DNA of 20,000 bases from an uncultured virus (IMG/VR IMGVR_UViG_3300029319_000030) (IMGVR_UViG_3300029319_000030:46680-66679), one strand, 5' to 3'. Shown: positions 9,888 to 17,521, numbered from the stretch's first letter. Numbers and translations: made by a program. The notes: generated by a model from the sequence alone, not told the origin.

Positions 9888-11452
9888 TTGGTATACGTAC
9901 ATTTGATATTACACAATCTGCTGACATAATAGTTAGTGCTACACTTACAGCATTTTTAAGTGCAGACTTAGTTACAAGCACTGGATCAATAATACCTTCA
10001 TTAATCATATTAACAAGACCACCTGTTACAACATTGCAGCCATAACCATCTTGCATTTCTTTATCAACTTTAATACCAGCATTATCTAATATAGTTTCGT
10101 ATGGTGACGATAGCGCATTAAGTAATACTTTACTAGCATCATCACCTATTATTTTTTGGCTAGCGTTTAGTAATGCTACACCACCTCCTGGCACTATACC
10201 TTCTTGTAAAGCGGCTTTAGTAGCGTATATAGCGTCTTCAACTCTATCTTTCTTTTCTTTTAATTCTACTTTTGAGTTAGCGCCTACGCGTATTATACCT
10301 ACACTACCTGATAGCATAGCTAGTCTATCTTCTAACTTCTTCTTAATAAAACCGTTTTNNNNNNNNNNTTTGCTCTTTAGCTAGCTTACCTGTTAGTTCA
10401 TCTATTCTATTTTCAATACCTTCAGTCATACCTTCTAGTGTTAATACTGTATGCTTGTCATCAGTTACAGCAAATTCAGCTTCGCCTAAGTGTTCAGGCT
10501 TCATTAAATCTAAATCATCACCTAATTCTTCATTAAGTACTGTAGCGCCTGTAAGTATAGCTAAATCTTCTGTAGCATCTTTTTTAGTAGGACCAAAGCC
10601 TGGTAAGTCAATAATGTTTACTTTTATATTACCTTTAACTTTATTCATAAGTAGCGCCGACTTTACTTGCTGTGCTACTGGTGCTACTATGAGTAAAGAT
10701 CGGTTGTTCTTTATAATAAACTCTAATATATTTTGTATTTTACGCATATTAGGTATCTCAGAAGAACAAATAAAAACATACGGATTGTCTAGTTCGCATG
10801 TTTGTTTTTCAGTATTAGTTACAAAATGTGGTGAAGTTATACCACACTCTACTTTAACGCCATCTACGATGTCAACATATGTTTCATCTGATTCACTTTC
10901 TTCCATTAATACTACACCTTGCTTGCCAACTTTATCATATGCTTCTGCTATAATAGCGCCAAGCTCTTTATCGTTATTGCAAGATATAGAACTAACAGAC
11001 TTTAACATATCACCTTCAACGTCTGTAGCTATATCATTTAAATAACTAATAACGTCATCTAGTGTTTTGTTTACTCCATCTTTTATTTCTCTGATTGTAA
11101 GACCTTCTGCGACCGCAGCGTCTATTTGTTTGATTAATGCTTCAGCTAGAACTGTAGCAGTTGTTGTGCCATCACCAGCATCTTTAACTGTATTTCTGGC
11201 AGCTTCTTTGATTAGAGTTGCACCCATGTTTTCAACCGGATCATATAAGACTACGCTCTCCGCAACGGTTACACCATCTTTTGTTATGACCGGCTTGCCA
11301 CGACCATCTTCATATACAACGCACTTACCTGAAGCGCCTAATGTAGATTTAACAGCTTGGGCTAACTTATTAACTCCTGCAATAACCCTATCTTTAGCGT
11401 CATTACCAAAGTCTAAGTTTTTTACCAACTCACTTGGTAAATTGTATTCCAT
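9874..11452 (-). CDS. groEL: Chaperonin GroEL (single gene split by a 10-N assembly gap)
   Basis: ITKDGVTVA, GDGTTT ATP-binding motif, PGFG, GGGVAL, GIIDP. Sequence across the gap reads ...AKEQ/NGFIKKKLEDRLAMLSG, joining ORFs 10343..11452 and 9874..10317. No GGM tail. Confidence 0.93.
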
Positions 11453-11495
11453 AATATTTAATTTAATTTAATTTAACTTGTGTAGATTTAAAGTT

Positions 11496-12449
11496 CTACT
11501 TCTTTTGATATCTCATTTTAAAGCCAGACTTCTTTTTATTAGAAGATCCGTATTCTCTACCGTAGGGTTGGTTTTGTTTAGTTAAGTTAATATTATCAGT
11601 TAACTTAGCTTGTCCAGCCCACCACGCTTCCGATTCTTTTATAAACTCATCTATACTATTGTATGTTGAGTTGTTTCTAGGATTTACCTTCTTACCTTCA
11701 GCGTTTGTCTTCATTGAGTCAAATACTCTTTGATATGTTGGTATGCTTGGCTTACCTGCTTCGTCTTTTGTTACATTTGGATCTTTAAGATCATCAGCTC
11801 TTTCAGGTCTGTTTATTGGAGCAAAACTTTTTATATTGGACTTAGGCTTATCAACACTACCAAAGTAACCTTTCTCCATCCTTATTTTACCCGCGCCTCC
11901 TGATTGAGTTAAACCAGGGTTAACAATTTTAGTTTTAGCATCGTATGATTTGCCAAATCTATCTTTGTATTGTTTTTTAGTACCATCTTTTTTAGTAACT
12001 ACAACTTCTTTACCAACAAACTTACCAGTTTCTGGATCATAAAACTTTGTAACGTTTCTTTTTTGACCAAACAAGTTAATACCTGTTTTGGTTTTTGTAT
12101 CAAAACCTTTGCTTGTTTTACCTCCTGTTTCTAGTTTAGTAGATACTTTATCTCTGATAGACGTTTTTTTTGTTTGAGTAGTTGTAGGAGTAGTTGTAGT
12201 ACTTGTATCAGATGTTGTTTTGTTGTTGTTACTTTCCCCTACGTCTCTTATAGGGCCTTTACCATAAGCTCTATTAATTTTATTTTGATTAGCATTCCAC
12301 TCAGGAGAGCCTTTAGTTAAAGTTTTTCTTTTTTTTATGTACTCAGGTAGATTAGGATCTTTTTTTAAAGCTAAATCGTATTCACTGTCTTTCTTCATTG
12401 ATGACCCAGTTCCTTGGCCAAAGTCTATACTTGTAAGTTTAAATGCCAT
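11496..12449 (-). CDS. Hypothetical Lys/Thr-rich protein, possible internal virion protein
   Basis: 317 aa, begins MAFKL, ends SGFKMRYQKK, low-complexity Thr tract. Confidence 0.6.
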   Translation of the reverse strand: MAFKLTSIDFGQGTGSSMKKDSEYDLALKKDPNLPEYIKKRKTLTKGSPEWNANQNKINRAYGKGPIRDVGESNNNKTTSDTSTTTTPTTTQTKKTSIRDKVSTKLETGGKTSKGFDTKTKTGINLFGQKRNVTKFYDPETGKFVGKEVVVTKKDGTKKQYKDRFGKSYDAKTKIVNPGLTQSGGAGKIRMEKGYFGSVDKPKSNIKSFAPINRPERADDLKDPNVTKDEAGKPSIPTYQRVFDSMKTNAEGKKVNPRNNSTYNSIDEFIKESEAWWAGQAKLTDNINLTKQNQPYGREYGSSNKKKSGFKMRYQKK

Positions 12450-12451
12450 AG

Positions 12452-12823
12452 TTATTCTTTTTCTGCGTTAATAGCCTCAGCTTCCCAAGGATGGTTAGGA
12501 TGTCCTTCTGGCCAACGACCGTTTGGTCCATCAATATAGTTAACTCCGTCTTTCTCACCTCTAAAATAGATATTACCTTCCCACATTACCCACTCGTCAG
12601 CGTAAGCGCTTCTGCCTGTCTCCATTTGTTCGATGTGTTTCATCTCATGTCTAAGAACTCGCTGACCATATGCGCTATTTAAGTCTACGCTTGGGTCTAC
12701 ATCTATAGTACCGTCATTATTTGCCTGCGCAACAGCACCGTCAGTCATAGTTTTTTGAAATACCATAGGCTTACTCATCGGAGTGTTAGGTCTAGTATCT
12801 CTTTTTCCTAGTTTAAAAGCCAT
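12452..12823 (-). CDS. Putative zincin metallopeptidase-like protein
   Basis: HExxH motif (LRHEMKH) with downstream 'HPWEAEA' third-ligand-like Glu; begins MAFKL. Confidence 0.6.
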   Translation of the reverse strand: MAFKLGKRDTRPNTPMSKPMVFQKTMTDGAVAQANNDGTIDVDPSVDLNSAYGQRVLRHEMKHIEQMETGRSAYADEWVMWEGNIYFRGEKDGVNYIDGPNGRWPEGHPNHPWEAEAINAEKE

Positions 12824-12832
12824 ATATTGTGT

Positions 12833-13126
12833 TTATTTAAAAGTTTTTACTACTTTTGGGCCTTTTACGTACTCTAATTTCTTCTCAAAGTGCTCAACAC
12901 TGCCGTTTATTGCAGCTTCTGCGCCTTCCATTGTCTCTCTTCGCGTAATATCTACCCAAGATTCTTCATTATCGGGCTTATTTACCTCTGTTTGGTAGTA
13001 CCCGTTAGGTAATTGTGTTATTCTCCAGTTCTTTTTGTCAGCTAAATGTCTCCACTCTGCTATTTGTTTGTCTGAAATTTTCGGTTCTGTAGTATATGTA
13101 CTACTTTTATAGTATATGTATGTCAT
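12833..13126 (-). CDS. Hypothetical protein
   Basis: 97 aa ORF in operon with AT-rich leader. Confidence 0.65.
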   Translation of the reverse strand: MTYIYYKSSTYTTEPKISDKQIAEWRHLADKKNWRITQLPNGYYQTEVNKPDNEESWVDITRRETMEGAEAAINGSVEHFEKKLEYVKGPKVVKTFK

Positions 13127-13166
13127 GTTTTTGGTTTTTATTAATTAGGTATAAGGATTTTCCTTA

Positions 13167-13565
13167 TTATGCTTGAACAAATACAAAGTATTCACATTTC
13201 TTAGTGCCAGCTGACCCGTGATCTAGAAATAGATCTTGACTTCCAGCCCATGGAAAAAATGCAGCTTCACCAGCTTTTAACATCATAAACCTATCAGATG
13301 GTGTGCCAGAGCCAGATGAATTAGTAACAAATATGTTAGTGTCAGATATATTGTTTAAATAAATATATGATTCACCGGTTGTCGATGCTGTGAATATTTG
13401 TGTATCACTAGCTGTAGTTGTTACTTCTTCAACTTCTGCTATTACCCTACCGTTAACAGTTAGATCATCTGAATTACTTAAGCTTAAAGCAAAAGTCAGC
13501 GGTCCAGGCGTTGTATTAGTAGCCGAGTTTGATGTTATTGTTATACCTGCTTTTATCGTTGCCAT
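13167..13565 (-). CDS. Hypothetical protein, possibly structural
   Basis: 132 aa, Ser/Thr-rich beta-type; first gene of the minus-strand arm. Confidence 0.6.
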   Translation of the reverse strand: MATIKAGITITSNSATNTTPGPLTFALSLSNSDDLTVNGRVIAEVEEVTTTASDTQIFTASTTGESYIYLNNISDTNIFVTNSSGSGTPSDRFMMLKAGEAAFFPWAGSQDLFLDHGSAGTKKCEYFVFVQA

Positions 13566-13620
13566 TTGTTATATCTTTATATTGTTCTACAAATAAGATA
13601 ATCACATAGTACTTTATATA

Positions 13621-13651
13621 TTTACTCCCGTATTGTAAATGTTGGAGTAAA
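13621..13651. other. Inverted repeat/hairpin at the divergence point
   Basis: TTTACTCC (13621-13628) pairs perfectly with GGAGTAAA (13644-13651). Confidence 0.6.
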
Positions 13652-13657
13652 GTGTTG

Positions 13658-13731
13658 CCCCCTCCCCCCTCCCCGCCCCCACCCCAAATAAAAACGAAAA
13701 TATTTACCCCACCCCCGCCATACCCCACCCC
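13658..13731 (-). repeat. C-tract cluster (G-runs on minus strand, G-quadruplex potential)
   Basis: Nine runs of 4-6 C in two clusters (13658-13685 and 13707-13731) separated by an AT-rich spacer. Confidence 0.8.
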
Positions 13732-13764
13732 ATATATATATACTATTTTGCATTTTCATATACT

Positions 13765-13798
13765 CACAAAGTAAATACGAATCTACTCAGATAATATA
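13765..13798 (+). promoter_or_regulatory. 34-bp early motif copy 1
   Basis: cacaaag-TAAATACGA-atctactc-AGATAATATA. Confidence 0.75.
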
Positions 13799-13882
13799 TA
13801 TGTAACAAATAAATAATAATACTATGATAATAATAATAACAATTTTAAATATAATAACTAAAACAATATTAAATATAGTTTT

Positions 13883-13916
13883 CACAAAATAAATACGAAG
13901 TATAAAAGATAATAAT
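13883..13916 (+). promoter_or_regulatory. 34-bp early motif copy 2
   Basis: cacaaaa-TAAATACGA-agtataaa-AGATAATAAT. Confidence 0.75.
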
Positions 13917-13948
13917 AATATAAATACTAATAATTAAAATATAATAAT

Positions 13949-14170
13949 ATGACTTTAAAAAGATTTGTAATAAGAAAGTCCTTAATAGGCAAAGATGTAG
14001 TAATAACATTCACTAACAAGAAAGGTGAAGTAGTAAAGTATAATCACGACGATGTGTATAATACTCACAAAGAAAGATTCGATAACATGAATTGTTTCGC
14101 TAAGTATAAGTCGTACACTAATACTAACTGTATGCCCGCTTTTTGTAGAGATATGAAAATTACTAAGTAA
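13949..14170 (+). CDS. Small hypothetical protein, paralog of 14695..14925
   Basis: KRFV.R.SL.G, YNHD.V, M.CF.KYKSYT..N..P shared with paralog. Confidence 0.75.
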   Translation: MTLKRFVIRKSLIGKDVVITFTNKKGEVVKYNHDDVYNTHKERFDNMNCFAKYKSYTNTNCMPAFCRDMKITK

Positions 14171-14289
14171 TATCTCTACATAGTAATGTGACAATTGGTA
14201 GTTACTCTATATAACTTAACAACTAAATGTCACACTATAATTCGTCAACAATAATTGTAAGCGAAGAGAAGTGGCGGAGTAACTGCTAA
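14144..14289 (+). ncRNA. Candidate structured RNA (hairpin followed by pseudoknot/switch)
   Basis: TGTAGAGATAT/ATATCTCTACA 11-bp stem; TGTGACA/TGTCACA stem; TTGGTAGTTACTC (14195-14207) complementary to GAGTAACTGCTAA (14277-14289); TTCGT/GCGAA hairpin between. Confidence 0.45.
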
Positions 14290-14324
14290 CTAAAAATAAC
14301 TAATAAACAAAATGTATACTTTTA

Positions 14325-14358
14325 TACAAAATAAATACGACTACTAATAGATAATATA
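14325..14358 (+). promoter_or_regulatory. 34-bp early motif copy 3
   Basis: tacaaaa-TAAATACGA-ctactaat-AGATAATATA; ATG 6 nt downstream. Confidence 0.75.
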
Positions 14359-14364
14359 ATTGTT

Positions 14365-14517
14365 ATGAAAATAGATAAATATGCAAAAGAAATGTTCGGT
14401 AAAAGTAACTTTAATAAGTGTACTGAAAAAGAACAAGAGTGTGTAATAAAAGTAATACTTAACGAAGTTACAGTAAATTACATGAGTAAAATATATGGTA
14501 AAGCAGATATAATATGA
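14365..14517 (+). CDS. Small hypothetical protein (50 aa, not in ORF track)
   Basis: MKIDKYAKEMFGKSNFNKCTEKEQECVIKVILNEVTVNYMSKIYGKADII*; follows motif copy 3; ATGA overlap with next ORF. Confidence 0.55.
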   Translation: MKIDKYAKEMFGKSNFNKCTEKEQECVIKVILNEVTVNYMSKIYGKADII

Positions 14518-14642
14518 TAGATTTAAAAACATTAAGTGAAGAGCAATTAAAAATAGTACTTAATAATATGAGAATATATAAAGTAAGTAAAGAAAAGCGT
14601 CAACGTGTTATTGACGAGTTAAACAAAAGACACACAAAATAA
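14514..14642 (+). CDS. Small hypothetical protein (42 aa, not in ORF track)
   Basis: MIDLKTLSEEQLKIVLNNMRIYKVSKEKRQRVIDELNKRHTK*; stop is the TAA inside motif copy 4. Confidence 0.55.
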   Translation: MIDLKTLSEEQLKIVLNNMRIYKVSKEKRQRVIDELNKRHTK

Positions 14643-14666
14643 ATACGAATAAGTGTAGATAATATA
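14633..14666 (+). promoter_or_regulatory. 34-bp early motif copy 4
   Basis: cacaaaa-TAAATACGA-ataagtgt-AGATAATATA. Confidence 0.75.
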
Positions 14667-14694
14667 AATGTAAAACAAATTAAATTAAATAGTT

Positions 14695-14925
14695 ATGGAA
14701 AATGTAATTAAGTCGAAAAGATTTGTAGTGAGGCAGTCACTAGTAGGTCAAAACAAGACTATAAAAGTAGAGTTTAAAAATGGTAAAACTGCCACTTATA
14801 ATCACGATAAAGTGTTTGCTATCATGAAAGACAAGTTAGAAGCAATGCCATGCTTCATCAAATACAAGTCTTACACAGCGAGTAATAACATACCAATGAT
14901 GGTAAGAGACAAAGACATTGCCTAA
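14695..14925 (+). CDS. Small hypothetical protein, paralog of 13949..14170
   Basis: Shared motif blocks with paralog; follows motif copy 4. Confidence 0.75.
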   Translation: MENVIKSKRFVVRQSLVGQNKTIKVEFKNGKTATYNHDKVFAIMKDKLEAMPCFIKYKSYTASNNIPMMVRDKDIA

Positions 14926-15041
14926 TGAAGCGCAAGTTTAGTCACGAAGAGTTAGTTGCGCTAGCGGTTTTAGCGCCACTCTTCACCATGTGTGTTTACG
15001 CTTTTGGATTTTTAGTATTCAAAGCAATTACTGGAGTATAA
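14925..15041 (+). CDS. Membrane micropeptide (38 aa)
   Basis: MKRKFSHEELVALAVLAPLFTMCVYAFGFLVFKAITGV*; TAATG-coupled to upstream gene. Confidence 0.5.
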   Translation: MKRKFSHEELVALAVLAPLFTMCVYAFGFLVFKAITGV

Positions 15042-15165
15042 ATATAATTTAATCGCTACATACCTATAGTGAAATGCTGATTAGCTATAGGTGATTAGAG
15101 TCGTAGTTCTAGCGCGTTTAGCGACTTATAAAAAATGCGAACGAGCGCAGTCAATATGCTGTAAA

Positions 15166-15206
15166 GGTGATAACGGTTAAAGTGAGTTCGATTCTCACCA
15201 TCACCA
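15166..15206 (+). ncRNA. tRNA-like minihelix (acceptor + T arm only)
   Basis: GGTGAT (15166-15171) pairs with ATCACC (15200-15205); T arm GTGAG-TTCGATT-CTCAC (15182-15198); only about 10 nt between, no D or anticodon arm. Confidence 0.6.
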
Positions 15207-15222
15207 CTTAAAATTAAATAAT

Positions 15223-15555
15223 ATGAGTAGATTTAGTATAACAAGTCACAAAGGTTTTCACTTGACTTTCAACAATGGTTGGCAAGTAAGTGTACAATTT
15301 GGTCCAGGTAACTACTGTGAGCGAAAAAATGCCGACCATTATTTACCTGAAAGCAATGATATTTGGCGTTCTAAAGACGCGGAAATTGCTGTTTGGCACA
15401 CTAATAATGGTAAAATGGTGATGTTAGAGAACGACGTAGTGCGTGGTTGGAGTACTGTAGATGAAGTAGCTAAAGTAATTCACAAAGTTAGTACCGCTAA
15501 ATCTACTCTTACTAGTAAACAAATGACTAAAAGATTAAGTACAATATGGAAATAA
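15223..15555 (+). CDS. Hypothetical protein
   Basis: 110 aa, 'FHLTFNNGWQVSVQFGPGNYC...EIAVW...DVVRGW' phage-like small protein. Confidence 0.7.
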   Translation: MSRFSITSHKGFHLTFNNGWQVSVQFGPGNYCERKNADHYLPESNDIWRSKDAEIAVWHTNNGKMVMLENDVVRGWSTVDEVAKVIHKVSTAKSTLTSKQMTKRLSTIWK

Positions 15556-15833
15556 ATATGGATAATTTAATGAGAAACTCGTTCGGAGTACTCACTAACA
15601 GGTGTAGTATTGATGATATTCTAGAAAATTATAGCGGAACAGATGCTATGTTTTATGGTAATCCACTCGATCTTCGCACTGAAGAGCTACAAGAGATGTT
15701 AGAATACTTTGAAAATACTGAAGAGTATGAGTACTGCGGCGAGTTAAAAGAGTTAATTGAAGCTAAAAACTACGCCGACATGGACATGTTTTTAGATAAT
15801 TTAACAAGTAAAAATGGTATAACACTTCAATAG
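15546..15833 (+). CDS. Hypothetical protein with UVR-like motif
   Basis: 'MLEYFENTEEYEYCGELKELI' resembles the UvrB/UvrC (UVR) helical motif. Confidence 0.6.
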   Translation: MEINMDNLMRNSFGVLTNRCSIDDILENYSGTDAMFYGNPLDLRTEELQEMLEYFENTEEYEYCGELKELIEAKNYADMDMFLDNLTSKNGITLQ

Positions 15834-15916
15834 TATGATAGAATTAATGCTTTTAATTATTAGTAAAAACATAGTATTATGTATATTTAAGCTAACTATT
15901 ATGCTATTAGAGTGTT

Positions 15917-15950
15917 TACAAAATAAATACGAACACTATAAGATAATATA
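15917..15950 (+). promoter_or_regulatory. 34-bp early motif copy 5
   Basis: tacaaaa-TAAATACGA-acactata-AGATAATATA; ATG 3 nt downstream. Confidence 0.75.
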
Positions 15951-15953
15951 AAT

Positions 15954-16100
15954 ATGAGAGTTGAATGTAAATATTGCGGTAAAAACTTTACTCCTATGAT
16001 ACTTGCTCAAATGGAAGGCAAGATGACTAGAGAAGAAATATTAAATTTACCGTGTGAAACAAATGAATGTAAGCGTGAAAAACAAGAGAATAATTATTAA
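15954..16100 (+). CDS. Small Cys-rich (Zn-ribbon-like) protein (48 aa, not in ORF track)
   Basis: MRVECKYCGKNFTPMILAQMEGKMTREEILNLPCETNECKREKQENNY*; CxxC...CxxxxC. Confidence 0.55.
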   Translation: MRVECKYCGKNFTPMILAQMEGKMTREEILNLPCETNECKREKQENNY

Positions 16101-16218
16101 AATAGAAGATAAAGATGTCAGAAAAGGTAATCCTTACTGGCAGTTCTCTCGTTTTAAGCGTGTTCATAAGAGTAAAAAGACTTATAGTCGTAAGAAAAAA
16201 CATAAAAATAATGAGTAA
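16063..16218 (+). CDS. Small basic protein, ArfA-like C-terminal motif (not in ORF track)
   Basis: MNVSVKNKRIIIKIEDKDVRKGNPYWQFSRFKRVHKSKKTYSRKKKHKNNE* (alternative GTG start 16075). Confidence 0.55.
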   Translation: MNVSVKNKRIIIKIEDKDVRKGNPYWQFSRFKRVHKSKKTYSRKKKHKNNE

Positions 16219-16390
16219 ATTTAAAGTAATAACAGTATTAGACTTTGAAAGTGGCAAAGTAACTCAATATGGTATTGATAAGTGGAATATATATACAGAA
16301 GATATAGAAACTTTTTTATTCAATAATGACCATAATGTGAGTAATTGTCAGTGGATGGTACACGAAGATGCTACAATATATGTAAAATAA
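16211..16390 (+). CDS. Small hypothetical protein
   Basis: MSKFKVITVLDFESGKV...CQWM; start reassigned from 16115 to 16211 because the upstream part is occupied by the basic peptide in another frame. Confidence 0.6.
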   Translation: MSKFKVITVLDFESGKVTQYGIDKWNIYTEDIETFLFNNDHNVSNCQWMVHEDATIYVK

Positions 16391-16391
16391 T

Positions 16392-16964
16392 ATGAAAAAA
16401 GTAAAAACAATGGAAGAAGCATATCAAGTATTTGATTTACTTGGTATCAAAAACGTCACTAAAAAGTGGCAAAAAGCTAATGGCTCTGAAGTATGGGAGT
16501 TACCATTTAAAACTATGTACGCTAACGGCTATACAGAAGTAAATAGATTTACTATTTACAAAAGCGGTTATGTACGTAAAATGTTAGTTCACCCTGAAAG
16601 TAATGCAAGTTATAGTTGTTATCAACTAAATAGAACTTGCACTGAAGATAATTACTATAAAGACTACGATCTTGATGGTAATTGGACAGGTAAATACAAT
16701 AAGTATGTCGGTAAAAAGCGAATAATGATACCTAATCACGCTGATCGAGTAGTTTATTTATGTAATTACATACTTAAAAACTACTACAGAAATCAAAAAG
16801 GTGCTAGTTTTTATAGAATTAATGACTATCAAGTAAGTTTAATGCAAAATGTAAAACCAGAACCACAACATTTACCGTTTGAAGAAACAGTAGAGCGTGA
16901 TAGTTTTATAGATAATAATGAAATTAAAGTAATAATTAACGGTCACCGTTATAATTTAAGTTAA
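16392..16964 (+). CDS. Hypothetical protein
   Basis: 190 aa Tyr-rich ORF, tightly packed in operon. Confidence 0.7.
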   Translation: MKKVKTMEEAYQVFDLLGIKNVTKKWQKANGSEVWELPFKTMYANGYTEVNRFTIYKSGYVRKMLVHPESNASYSCYQLNRTCTEDNYYKDYDLDGNWTGKYNKYVGKKRIMIPNHADRVVYLCNYILKNYYRNQKGASFYRINDYQVSLMQNVKPEPQHLPFEETVERDSFIDNNEIKVIINGHRYNLS

Positions 16965-16968
16965 AATT

Positions 16969-17052
16969 ATGGAAATAATAATAAGTTTTGTAGTAGGTTT
17001 TTGTGCAGGTATGTACATAACTACACAAATAAGTGATAAAATAAGTAAATAA
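16969..17052 (+). CDS. Membrane micropeptide (27 aa)
   Basis: MEIIISFVVGFCAGMYITTQISDKISK*; fills the gap, TAATG-coupled to next gene. Confidence 0.5.
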   Translation: MEIIISFVVGFCAGMYITTQISDKISK

Positions 17053-17267
17053 TGTTAGAAAAATTAAAAGAAATAGAGCAAGAACTAATGGACGAGTTAA
17101 GTCCAGAAAGCTATGAGCAAGTGAAAAGCATGTTAAGTTGCTTTACTACTCATGAAACAGCTATTTATAAAGCAGGTTACTTAGATGGTCTGCAAGCAGC
17201 TATACTATTGTCTCATGAAGATAGTAGTGATCATAGCTACACTATTGATTTAGAAGATATATTTTAA
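17052..17267 (+). CDS. Small acidic hypothetical protein
   Basis: 71 aa, 'YKAGYLDG' motif. Confidence 0.65.
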   Translation: MLEKLKEIEQELMDELSPESYEQVKSMLSCFTTHETAIYKAGYLDGLQAAILLSHEDSSDHSYTIDLEDIF

Positions 17268-17268
17268 A

Positions 17269-17302
17269 CACAAATTAAATACGAACGCTATAAGATAATA
17301 TA
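17269..17302 (+). promoter_or_regulatory. 34-bp early motif copy 6
   Basis: cacaaat-TAAATACGA-acgctata-AGATAATATA; ATG 5 nt downstream. Confidence 0.75.
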
Positions 17303-17307
17303 ATTGT

Positions 17308-17520
17308 ATGAAATGTTTAAAATGTAATAATATAATACCAGAAGGCCGCCTGCGTCTTGGCTACAAAGTATGCGTAAACTGCTCAACTGTATCAAGATAT
17401 GGTTGTGCGCCCGTCATAAACCACAAGACAGGTAATACTATTCAGATTATGTCAAGTGAAGACGCCGACAAAGTTGCTAAGTTATTTCGCAGGCGTGGCT
17501 ATGGTACAATGCTAAGATAA
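17308..17520 (+). CDS. DksA/TraR-type C4 zinc-finger protein
   Basis: CLKCNNIIPEGRLRLGYKVCVNC matches the CxxC...IP..RL......CxxC pattern. Confidence 0.65.
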   Translation: MKCLKCNNIIPEGRLRLGYKVCVNCSTVSRYGCAPVINHKTGNTIQIMSSEDADKVAKLFRRRGYGTMLR

Positions 17521-17521
17521 T

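Noticed and set aside
10317..10368. Apparent split or programmed frameshift in groEL
   Set aside because: Break coincides with a 10-N scaffold gap (10359-10368); the flanks join into a continuous GroEL reading, so it is an assembly artefact.
448..12998. Plus-strand ORFs in the late arm (e.g. 448..741, 5467..5787, 10455..11045, 11067..11471)
   Set aside because: Antisense shadows of well-supported minus-strand genes, with Ser/Phe-biased composition.
13516..13728. Gly-rich minus-strand ORF
   Set aside because: Poly-Gly arises from translating the G-tracts; overlaps the next gene and the regulatory region.
13765..13798. Motif as sigma28 (TAAA-N15-GCCGATAA) or Bacteroidota sigma70 (TAnnTTTG) promoter
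   Set aside because: TAAA-to-GATAA spacing is 4 nt too short and GCC is absent; the reverse strand gives TAnTTTG, not TAnnTTTG.
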